Source of the DNA: Octopus vulgaris
Lineage: Eukaryota
Direction: 5' to 3'
DNA: 64,000 bases
Assembly (NCBI GenBank): GCA_951406725.2
Contig: OX597825.1
Coordinates: 1,116,001 to 1,180,000, forward strand
The notes beneath the pieces were generated by a model. The model made no database searches. It saw only the letters and a program-made list of their open reading frames with translations, and had not been told where the DNA came from. Shown one piece after another: positions 53,703-64,000 of the stretch. The translations under genes and the position numbers were made by a program. Numbering within the stretch: position 1 is the first letter of the stretch; the number at the start of each line of letters is the position of its first letter.

Positions 53703-53950
53703 CATACATACATACATATATATTTATTTATTTATTTATGTACATATAAATGTATATATATATATTTATCTACATATATATAAATATATATATATTTACA
53801 TATATATAAATGCATATAAATATATATGTATATATAAAAGTACGTGTGTGTGTGTGTGTATAGTGTACTGCTCCATGATGGTAAAATAAACAAATATATA
53901 TGTGTATACATATATATATACATATGTATATGTGTGTGTGTGTGTGTGTG
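53470..53950. repeat. Long (TA)/(CA)-rich low-complexity tract
   Basis: Direct inspection; source of several spurious Y/I-rich ORFs. Confidence 0.95.
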
Positions 53951-55509
53951 TATTCAATTTGTTTCAAATTTTCTGATTGAAATATAATAGAAAAGTAATT
54001 AATAATATCAATATAAAAGAATAAAAAAATAGATAAAACAAAACAAAGATAATAGTAATAAATTAAGTGAATAATTTCTTTCTGTTATTTACTTTGATGA
54101 TAAAAAGAAGGCAATTAACATCTGTGATCATGAACTCTCTCCATACAACACACAGCAATGAAACTGTTTACCTATCACATCGTCATATCAAACATTTATC
54201 ATTATATATTTTCAATTTTAAATATATATTTTTAGAGGCTGGCCAAAGGAATTTTTATTTAGCATATAATATATAGAAAAGTGATAAAAAAAAAAAGGAG
54301 CCAAGAAAGAGCCTCTGTATATTGCTGAATCTTGCCCATATACTGTAGAGAATTGAGTTTTAGATATCCTTAAAATATTTTTAATTAGAGATTTGCTCAT
54401 TCAGAGTTGAGCAGGACCAAATTCAGCAGCAACATTAACAGTGTTAAGCCTATAAAAGAGTTTCTCAGCCTACAAGAAATAGCAGCTATAAGTCTCTCAA
54501 CTCATACATGACCATTTTAAAAGGGGTGCAGTGGGGAAGAAGAAAAGTAAAAAAGGAGTATTTTGTAGTTTGAAAAATTGCGATTGTCAACAGAGAAGAA
54601 ACTTGTGACAATAAGTTCACTTGATCAAGGCTGACTTAAGGCTAAATCAGAACATAGAAAAATTGTGTGAAAATACTTTCATAGAAATATATAGCAACAT
54701 GTTTAAACATGCAGAAAATGTGGGAGCTTCTTAAATACCAAACCCATCATAATTTTTGAAATCCTTCTGTATCATCAGCAGATACCAGAGTCATAAGCAT
54801 TTTGATTCTTAGCCTGTACACTATGGCTAAGTAGGGTTACGAGAACTGAATTAGCCTTTGCTGAAGAAAGGTTCCATTTGTGGCCTCTTGTCAACCACAA
54901 CCACCTTAGGCTGGCCTCAGCAGCCATGGGTGTCCCTTTAGCAGTTTTCTTGCATGTGTAAAGCTACCTGGATTTTGTATTCCATAATGACACTTCCTTT
55001 TTTCTTATATTATCTGCTTTAATGGATTATGCTTTTAACAGAAAGAGAATGTGTGAGTGAGAGAGAGAGAGAAAAAGAGAGAAAGGAGGGAGAGTCTGTG
55101 TAAGATGAATGTGTAGTGTGAATGATGTGTGCATGTGTGTGTGTGTGTGTGTTGGGACACAGTGTATTACAAGTAGATAAATATTCAGGTACTTCAACAG
55201 GTGTGCCTTTTTCATTGGAGCCCCACAGTTGTGCATGGAGATGGGCTCTGCTGGACCCTATCAGCCCATTGGATTTTGTGTCATGCAGATTAGCTCTTGA
55301 TTTCTTTACTGTAAACTATTTTATCTTCACTGATAATCTATTTTATTGACCCCAGAAAATTCAAAAGCAGACCTTGATAGGGATTTGAATTAGAATGTAA
55401 AAAGCTGAAACAAATTATGCGAACTATTTTGTTGAATAATCTAATGATTCTGTTAATTCATCATTTTTGTTGAATAATGGTTGAAATAGGTACATCATGC
55501 TGGGCTGTG

Positions 55510-55860
55510 TTGTTAAGAAGTTCACCTTGCAACCAACCATATAGTTTCGGGTTCAGTCCTACTGTATGGCACCTTGTGCAGGTGTCTTGTACTTATAGTC
55601 CTGAGTTGACCAAAGCCTTGTAAGTGAATTTGGTAGACAGAAACTGTGTGGAAGCCTGTCATATATGTGTGTGTGTGTGTGTCTTTTGTCTGCATTTGAT
55701 CCATCACCATTTGAAAACCCATGCTGGTTTGTTTACAGTTTGGCAATAGATGTAGATAGAATAAGAACCAAGTTTAAAAAGATAAGTGCATGGGTCAGTT
55801 TGTTCAACTAAACCCTTTGAAGATGGTGTTCCAGCAAGACCGCAGTTCAGTAAAAGATAA
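55510..55860 (+). mobile_element. SINE family B copy
   Basis: gggttcagtcctactgtatggcaccttgtgcaggtgtc (B-box region) and tail. Confidence 0.8.
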
Positions 55861-57349
55861 GAGATAATAAACATATATGAAACTGAGGAACATAACTCTT
55901 TCAAAAAAGAAAGTATCCAAATGCCCAGCATTTCTCCACAAACCTTACGGTCATTGTTGTTTAGTACCACATCAGGCCTGGTTGATCAAAAGCACCTTAG
56001 CCATGACTATCACATCTTTTCATATTCGGTTTGTCTCAGACGGTTTTATTTGACATATTTTTCATGTTCAGAGGGTAGAATGTGAAATATAAATTTGGCT
56101 TCCATTTCTAACTGAATATGTGATTATACAGAGGCCTGCACATTGCTGACATTATAATATGCGTGTGTGTGTGTGTGTGTGTGTGTATAGATGCATACAT
56201 TTGGAACTGTAAGTAGCAGACATGGAGTGAGTAATTTATTCAAATTTTATGAATAACTCTGACACTACTCAATGATTCTTAAAATGTGAGATCCTTCAGG
56301 TGACAAAAAGACAAGCTCTGAATAATGATGGAGTCAATCACAGCTTTTAAATAAATACACACACACACACACAGACTAACTAACCAGCTATCTGTCTATC
56401 TACACACCATCACACAAAAACACACATGAATATGTACATACACACACATACACACAAACATACATATACACACCCATATATATATATATATACATATACC
56501 ATTGTTACCAGAAAGACTGTGAACTGTAATGAAACCAGTGATGTTCTGCATCAACAAAATGTAAAGGTAGAAATAGTTGAAGCGGTGGAATGAAGTTTGT
56601 CATAAGGAAGAAAAGAAGTCTAATGTTTCAGGCAAATGTCTTCATTGGAAAGAGAGGAAATTTCTTATGCAGGCATTCATATATACCTACCCACATGCGT
56701 GCACGCATACACACACACACACTTATACAGAAGTATATATATATATATGTCTATGCCTATATAAACATATGTACAAATATATATGTATATATGTATACGT
56801 ATATATATTTCTAAATGTACATGTATAAATATATATCTATATCTATATATATGTGTGTGTGTTTCAATATCTATGTAGGATCATTGCAGTAGAAAAAATA
56901 TAAAAAGAAAGCTATTTGAAACAAGGAAAAGCCATTGTCATTAAGATAAGACAATTGAAGCTTGTGACTTAAGCCAAAGTCTGTTCCAGAAATATCCGGA
57001 ACTTCCGGCTGGATGAACTTCTTTCAATCGGTGAACAAGAGAACTGCTGTTGTTTGTTTCTCTTCCCAAACACAAAGCTTAGAGTTTGGAATTTGGAATT
57101 GTGATCCAGAATTACTTCCATGTTTATATTTTTGTTGTCACTGTTGCTTTTATGACTTGTGAGCAGAGGAAGGACAGCATCTGTGAATGTTTCGAAGGGT
57201 CCCTGAGACGAGTGTCAAAAGTTATTTTCAAACTAAAGATCAGTTCTGAGTGTGCACTCCATTAAATGTGCCTTTGACTTGACAGATTGAGCCCTACACC
57301 TAAAAACAAGCTCAGTAGCTCAATAGCCCTACACACAGGTTTGGTCTAC

Positions 57350-57680
57350 CCAATTTCTACTTATCCATCCATTCATCTATCTTCTCTACCCATTATGCTT
57401 AGGAGAGTCAGACACCCCCTCCATCGGGTCCCACCACAAGCAATCCTCTTTACACTTTCCAGCTGGATTCCCAAGCATGACCCACTGAGACCATGAGCAT
57501 TATTCAACCTTTTTGTTTTTGGTCGACCCCTGGGACTTCTGCTGCTGGACTCATCTTGAAGAATCCTTCTTGCAATTCTATCCAGAGACAGTCTAATCAC
57601 ATATGTTGTACTGGAGCTGTGACCTCCCTGCTTGACCTGGAGAGACTTTCTAACCTCAAGCTACGTATGATATAACTTGA
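57350..57680 (-). mobile_element. LINE ORF2 C-terminal fragment (RTE-like, different family)
   Basis: RLSLDRIARRIL...RSPRGRPKTKR motif. Confidence 0.65.
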
Positions 57681-58669
57681 AACTGCAGCCGGAGAAATTT
57701 GTCTCCTGAAATGCTGCATGGTTGGATCAAACCAAGAACTTTATGATTTCAAAGTGAATTTCTTAATCCCATGGCCATTCAGGTAGCAAAGGAAAGTACA
57801 AAGCTGGACATCATTTATTACCATTGTATTTGACTGTAAAGAATCTGCCACAGCGAGGTCTGTGTGACCCAGGCAAGCGTGGAAGAGTGGGCATTAAAGT
57901 GATGAAGAATGATGATGAGTTACTGTATCAGAATGGAAAGAATGCTAATTTATGAAATAACAGATTCAATAGAAAAATGGATAAAATGTCATACATTATT
58001 TAGGTATGTTTCAAGTTCAAATTCTGTTAGGTTCAACTCTGTTTTTCAGCCTTTCAGGGTTGATCAAAAAAGGGTCAGTAAAGCACTGGAGTTGATGTAA
58101 ACAACTATACTTCTTCCACCTCTGCGAAAACTGAGTCCTTGTGGTTATATTAGAAATTGATATATGCATAGTATTAGAATGGTTGTGAAGGTCTTGTTAC
58201 ATAGTATTTACTTCTATTTTGTTATCTTTGTTCCTCTTCATGTAAAAAAAAATTCATGTCTGCCTCAAGGAGAGACAGAATCACCACATCACATGAACGT
58301 ATTTCATGAATTTTATTAAGTGATTGTTTTGTTATTTTATTTATTTATTCAGCTTTGCCAGCTCAGACAATCATCCCTTTCTCAGATGTTTACTTTTTTC
58401 CTTCGTATATGAAAAACTTTTGCATTGCCAATACACATAGAAATAGTTGTTTATAATTTTGTCTGCATCCAAAACCAGTTATGTATATATAAAGGGGAAA
58501 AAGTGTCATACTTATGCTATAAATTTGTTCATTATGGATCTTAATGTTAGTTTGCAATATAGTTTTGAAGAAAAATACAGCTGGGATCCTTTATTTTTAT
58601 TACTAATTTTATTAAATACTTGTTGTTAGTACGCAGAGTTGCTTAGGTATGCAATATAAGAGGAAGCTA

Positions 58670-59000
58670 GAAAAAATGATAATATAATAACAGAAGCTGG
58701 TGGAAGAATATATAAAAACTAAACTATAACTACAGATATGATATAGATTTACTATATTTTGCAAGTGTGTTTGTGTTGGAAACATGTCTAACTGTTTAGT
58801 ACATGTGTGAATGAAATGATATTCTAAAAACTGTAAAGAGAAACTATAATATAATAACTAAGGCTGACGTAAAGAATATATAAGAATCATGATATAATAA
58901 GTAGAGTTAAAATACAATATAGTTTTACTGTTCTCTTCTTGTTTGTGTTGGAAATGTGTCCAACAGTTTAGTAAGATATAAATGAATGATGTGAAACCAT
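58670..59000. repeat. Diverged tandem duplication, period about 170 bp
   Basis: ataatataataac at ~58679 and ~58846; tgtttgtgttggaaa..gtc.aac.gtttagta at ~58768 and ~58940. Confidence 0.75.
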
Positions 59001-59289
59001 AAAAAAATATCTAAAAGAGAAAATTTACGAAACAGTAAGTATGTCAGAAAGATATTAAAGAACTCTGATATAGCATTGATAGATGAAATATGAAGAAGTT
59101 TCAAAGCATGATTCCATGAGAGGAACTGACGACTGGTTTCGTTCTGCTAATAGTTTCAAATGTGAAGAGTGTCAGTCATGACTGCCGTTTCTAATGTACG
59201 CAGGTAACTTAACTCATCCCAATTTTTGCAAGTGAGGTAAAAATTACAATTGTTCATCATAAAATATAAATATAATAAGAGACATCATC

Positions 59290-59805
59290 ATTGCTGCCCC
59301 CTATTACCCCCTGCCGTCACCTACTTCCTTGATCTTCCCCTCTAATGGATATTCACAACTGACCACATCACCATCCATGGTCACCACTCACTACATTTCC
59401 CTGCAACCCCATCTCTGTCCATCTGCCACTCTTCTTTCATATTTACCCAAGCTTTTTATCTGCCCATACCACTTCTCTTATATCCACTTTCTTGTAACTT
59501 GAGGGTAACTGTGTATCTCCCCTACAGCAAGACACCATTTCCAGTCCCTCTCTCAACACTACTCCCTGCTCAGTTGAAGGGTCTTGTTTGTGAGTTACCT
59601 GGTGACCTCAGTGGTGCTGGTGCCATGTGAAAAGCACCCAGTTCACTCTGCAAAATAGTAGGCATTAGGAAGAGCATCCAGCTATAGAGACTGTACCAAA
59701 GCAGGCACTAGAGTTTGGTACACCCCTCTGGCTCATCAGTTCCTTTCGAACTGTCCAACCTATGCCAGCATAGAAAACAGATGTTAAATATGATGATGAT
59801 GATGG
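59290..59805 (+). mobile_element. RTE 3' UTR fragment with (GAT)n tail
   Basis: Pyrimidine-rich stretch then ggtgccatgtgaaaagcacc...aggaagagcatccagct...gttaaatatgatgatgat. Confidence 0.75.
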
Positions 59806-60589
59806 GTAAAATGGTGTATCTTATAGATAACAATATTTGTGTCAATTCTTGTTGAATAAACTTATGATCAAAAGCATTCCAACCATGATTATCCTGTATT
59901 TTTAAATATGTTTAGGACTACTTCACCTAGTGTACCTTTCCTTTCTGTAAGACAGTGTGATTTGAGAGGAATTTGGCTGTTATTTCTTGCACGTCAAGTG
60001 ATGACATAGAGTCTCCTTTAATACCTCTCAAATACGAAATTTCACCTTCAAGCTCTCAACCAACTGAAAGTGATCTCGCTCTCTCTCTCTCTCTTGTATA
60101 TACACACAATGTCAATTTTACCCAGTGTGTTATTCATGGGGAATTGCCTTCAGGCGGTTTCTTAGGAAATACAAACACATCAGATTATATTTATAATGTA
60201 TAAAACATACCTGCAAGTAATTCACACATTCTTAAACATATTTCTATGCAACTGATGTGTATTGGAAATTATTTACATATTTCTGACTAATACTTGCACA
60301 CACACACACACACATGTATATGAGAATCCTGCCTGCCCCTCCCCCCTCTCTCTATATATATATGCTTGCTCACAAAACCAAAGAACTCTTTTTGAAATCG
60401 ATGGATTGGCTGCTGCAAGTGTCATGTTTCGATGCTCTTTGCTTCTTGATGATTCCAGGCTGAAAAAAGGTACACTGTGATTCTATGATGAACGGACAAT
60501 GGTCCAGCTCCTAAATTGGTGCTTTCAATGCCTAACTTGTGTGTCTTCCCCTACAAGTGCTACTAAACAAAAGCAAGCTATCCAACATA

Positions 60590-61200
60590 AACCTACATTG
60601 GTTTACATCTAGACAATTTCACTTCCTCCTGTAAAATGCAGATCCCTGGAATCCACCTGCCCAGAAAGCCAGACCCCTTACAGTTAAAAATCTGACGAGA
60701 ATATAAATTCTCCTTTATATTTTATAAACTTCAGCAAGAGATGTTTTTGCAGAAACTGAATCTGAGCTGGCAGTTTTGTTATTCTTGGTGAGACAGAAGC
60801 CCAGAATCAGAACACGTTTTCAATGATTTGAACCAAGTTTTGCTAGTTTTAAACTCCTCTAATTTTCCGTCTCTAGGAAGAGCAGGACCACTTTCAAGTC
60901 CCTCACAAATAGAGTTTGCTTTTTTCACACATGCATGAATCACTCACTGAATCACCAGCAAATTGCTTTTCTTTTACCCACATTAAAAACATATATTTCC
61001 CATTTAACCCACATGTGAGGCACAAATGTTTAATGACCCTGCATGTGGCTTTCTCCACCATTAGATTTCCGAGCTCATTCTTTGTCTTCAAAATGGTACA
61101 AATTGTAAATCTGACCAATCCATACATCACATTAAGTTCACTTAAACTGAGGCCAGTTCCTCTCTCTCAGAAATAAGTTATTTTAAAAAAATTTTTATAA
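60590..61200 (-). mobile_element. Decayed Tigger1-like transposase fragment
   Basis: MWVKEKQFAGDSVS..MCEK, FKTSKTWF, QIFNC, EE.KL...KPM motifs. Confidence 0.75.
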
Positions 61201-61479
61201 TAAAGTTATTTCTTGTAGGCTTTGCATTCAGCATGATAAATATTTCTGTGACAAAAACAAACACACATACACACAATACAAGTATTTCTTTGAAAAATTC
61301 CAGTGGTTCAAATACAATAAAACAACAGAAGCACAATGACACTACAAATTCCAAATAACAGTCAGGGTGAACTGAAAGCCTCCTATTTGCTTTTTGTTTA
61401 TTTTCAATTATTTTTCTCAGTTTATTTCATTGAAAGAAAAGTTTGAACAAATGGAAATAATTCAACATACTATTTAACG

Positions 61480-61738
61480 CAGTGTTCCTCAACCATTTCT
61501 AACCTATGGACCCTTTTGATTCCTATTTTACTTGGATGGACCACCCCCACACCCACCACCATTCGATGTTTAAAAAATCATATTTTTGTAATCAAATATT
61601 ATTAGGAATTCTATAAAAAAAAACTTAAAATATTTTATGCATTGTAGAAGCATAACCAGTTTATTTGCAGATAAATTTTAACAAGAGAATCTTATCTGGG
61701 CCCCCAAGGGCCATATGGATCCCAGTTGGGAATCATTG
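61480..61738. mobile_element. hAT (Charlie-like) MITE, 259 bp
   Basis: TIRs CAGTGTTCCTCAAC / GTTGGGAATCATTG; partial 8-bp TSD atttaacg/atttcgag. Confidence 0.7.
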
Positions 61739-61954
61739 ATTTCGAGCATCAAAGCAAAATATCATTACATTATTTTCTAATGAATTTTTTTTTGCCTTTT
61801 TTGGTTGCTATCTATGATTTGATTTATTACCAAATTAATGGGAAAACATTCATCACCACCGTTTCCATAACCACAGAAGTTCATTACCAAAAGTTCTGCT
61901 GCATTCATTTTCATGTGTGAATATGTGCGAGTGTATGTGTGTGTGTATCTATAG

Positions 61955-61988
<34 letters not shown>

Positions 61989-62128
61989 AGAATACATGTA
62001 AAGTGGCTGGTGTTAGGATAGTCATCCATCTGATGAAACCGTGCCAAAGTAGAGAGAAGAGCTTGGTCAGCTTTTGTGAAAAGTGTCCAGCCCTTAGCCA
62101 GTATGGAAGGCTGACATTAAGTGATAAT

Positions 62129-62340
62129 CCTTTCTACTATAGGCACAAAGCCTGAAATTAGGGGCAAGGGGAATAGTCGATTACATTGACCCTAGTGTTT
62201 CACTGATACTTAATTTACCGACCCCAAAATGATGAAAGGCAAAGTCCATCTCGGTAGAGCTTGAACTCAGAATGTAAAGACGGACAAAATGCCACTTAGC
62301 ATTTTTCTCAGCATGCTACTGATTCTGCCAGCTCATTGCC
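62129..62340 (-). mobile_element. SINE family A copy with 14-17 bp TSD
   Basis: Flanks tgacattaagtgat (62112-62125) and tgacattaaatgat (62344-62357). Confidence 0.88.
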
Positions 62341-62544
62341 GTGTGACATTAAATGATGATGATGATGATGGTATCAGTGGGGCATAAAGCATTCCCACAG
62401 ATTTACATTTAAGGAGAAAACATTTCTCACAACATGACTCAATAAGGTTTAAAAGAACACAGAAATAAGCAAAACTTAAATATATGAAAAACAAGTAACA
62501 GAATTTAAATCTCCAAAAAGTAAAAAAAATACATCACACAGTAT

Positions 62545-62760
62545 CATCATCATCATAATCGTTTAACGTCCGTTTTCCATGCTAGCATGGGTTGGACGGT
62601 TCGACCGGTGTCTGGGAAGCCAGGCGGCTGCACCAGGCTCCACTCTGTGAGTGTAGTAGGTGCTTTTTAAGTGCCACCTGCACAGGTGCCAGGGGAGGCT
62701 GGAAATGGCCACGATTGGTTGGTGCTTTTTATGTGCCACTGGCACGGAAGCCAGTCAATG
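62545..62760 (-). mobile_element. RTE-type 3' tail
   Basis: tttaacgtccgttttccatgctagcatgggttggacgg, two ggtgctttt.a.gtgccac modules. Confidence 0.8.
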
Positions 62761-63239
62761 CAGTGTTGAGAAAAATACTTATTTCTTGTCTTATGACTTC
62801 CAAGAAGTATAGACGTCGACATAGAATATTATGGAGGCTTGGAATTAATAGAATTGTTAAAATGATGGTTAAACTGTCTTCCAGTATTTAGTTGCATACT
62901 TTTTAAGATTGTGAATTCAAATTCTACCCAAATCAACTTTACCTTTCACCCTACCAGTTACCAACCAGGATGGCTCTTGCTTATCCATTCAAATTGGAAG
63001 TTTTGTATCGATGTTAGAAATCACCATTAAACAATGCTCTTAGAAAATAGATATAAACAAAATGGCATACATGTATTTTAAATGGCCATCATGACTATTC
63101 CATGATGTAATAGTTAGGAATATAACATCTTTTTTTACCTCCCCCCCCCAAACAAAACAAAACAAAAATATCCAGTAGTTCTGTACTTTAAACTTTCTTT
63201 TGATTTTCTTATATTGATTTGTGTTTGATCTTGAACCAG

Positions 63240-63275
63240 ATAAAGTTGTTCGATGAACTTTGTTTACCATCTTCG
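63240..63275 (+). CDS. Candidate 36-nt exon (IKLFDELCLPSS)
   Basis: Long T-rich tract + cAG, G|GTGAGG donor, open phase 0-0. Confidence 0.2.
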
Positions 63276-64000
63276 GTGAGGAACTACTGATTAGCAACAC
63301 ATTTTTCTATGATAATGATAAATGTTTCTAAACCAAGATCTTAGTTCTTGCAGCTAATAAAATCCAAAGTAAAAATAAATAAAATAAAATAAAATAATGA
63401 AATAAAAATTAAAAAAAAAAGAAAAACAAAAAATATCTCAGCAATAAAAATAAAAGCAGTCTATAAAAAATAAACAAATAATAAGAGCAACAAACTCAAC
63501 AAAATACTTATAAAAGTTAACTCTGGTTATTAAATTAGCTCTATTTCACTTTATCTTTGTTTTTACTCCTCACTTTGGATGGATGATTAAATCTGTCAAA
63601 TGATGATAAATGTTACACTGAAATGAAAGATGCCATTTTGAATTTTGATGTTCGTTCTTTTTTCTAAATATGATTTATACTCTTTTCTTTATGGATTGTG
63701 ATAAACTTCTGTATAATGCACCACAAATTGATAAGCAGGCAATCAATATTTTATATGAAAACATACAATTTTACTGGTGTCTTGAGAGAAAACAAAAATA
63801 TTTTGCTTATATCAGAAAATTATGTAGATGATACAAGCAAAGAAATTTGATATATGCTCGTTTTCTCAAACAGTTTTGTAAAGTAATTTAAAAAGTAAGA
63901 GAAATTCATTGTGAATTTTATCTTTTCATACATCTCTGGATGAAAAATAAATAAATATAACTGTTTAATATCCATTACTAGAATAAGGGTTATTTGTTGT

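Noticed and set aside
53433-53967. Several overlapping Y/I/H-rich ORFs
   Set aside because: Translations of (TA)/(CA) low-complexity sequence
59093-59180. Short ORF MKYEEVSKHDSMRGTDDWFRSANSFKCEECQS
   Set aside because: 32 codons, no donor before the stop, no homology recognised
60374-60459. Minus-strand candidate exon
   Set aside because: Splice sites plausible but two frames are open with no recognisable peptide; insufficient support

Overview
AT-rich eukaryotic (metazoan) DNA dominated by microsatellites ((AAT)n, (CA)n, (TA)n, (GAT)n) and decayed transposable elements. The repeat inventory (tRNA-derived SINEs with internal microsatellites, RTE LINE remnants with (GAT)n tails, R4/Dong-like LINEs in (TAA)n, Tigger, mariner, hAT MITE) resembles a coleoid cephalopod (octopus-like) intron or intergenic region; this is an inference. 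Nearly all ORFs in the supplied track are microsatellite artefacts or TE fragments. There is no intact long CDS, rRNA, tRNA gene or CRISPR array. By-eye splice-site reading gives several weak candidate exons. The most interesting are minus-strand segments (50997-50770, 42667-42606, ~18850-18518) that could together encode a transmembrane + TIR-like protein with a disrupted C-terminal part; this is unverified and needs HMM and RNA-seq checks. Other points of note: a 76-nt near-perfect hairpin, two recursive-splice-like YAG|GTAAG sites, a PHD-like C4HC3 finger inside the RTE ORF, SINE insertions with 14-17 bp TSDs, tail-to-tail RLE LINEs and a perfect 46-bp triplication in a dead Tigger.
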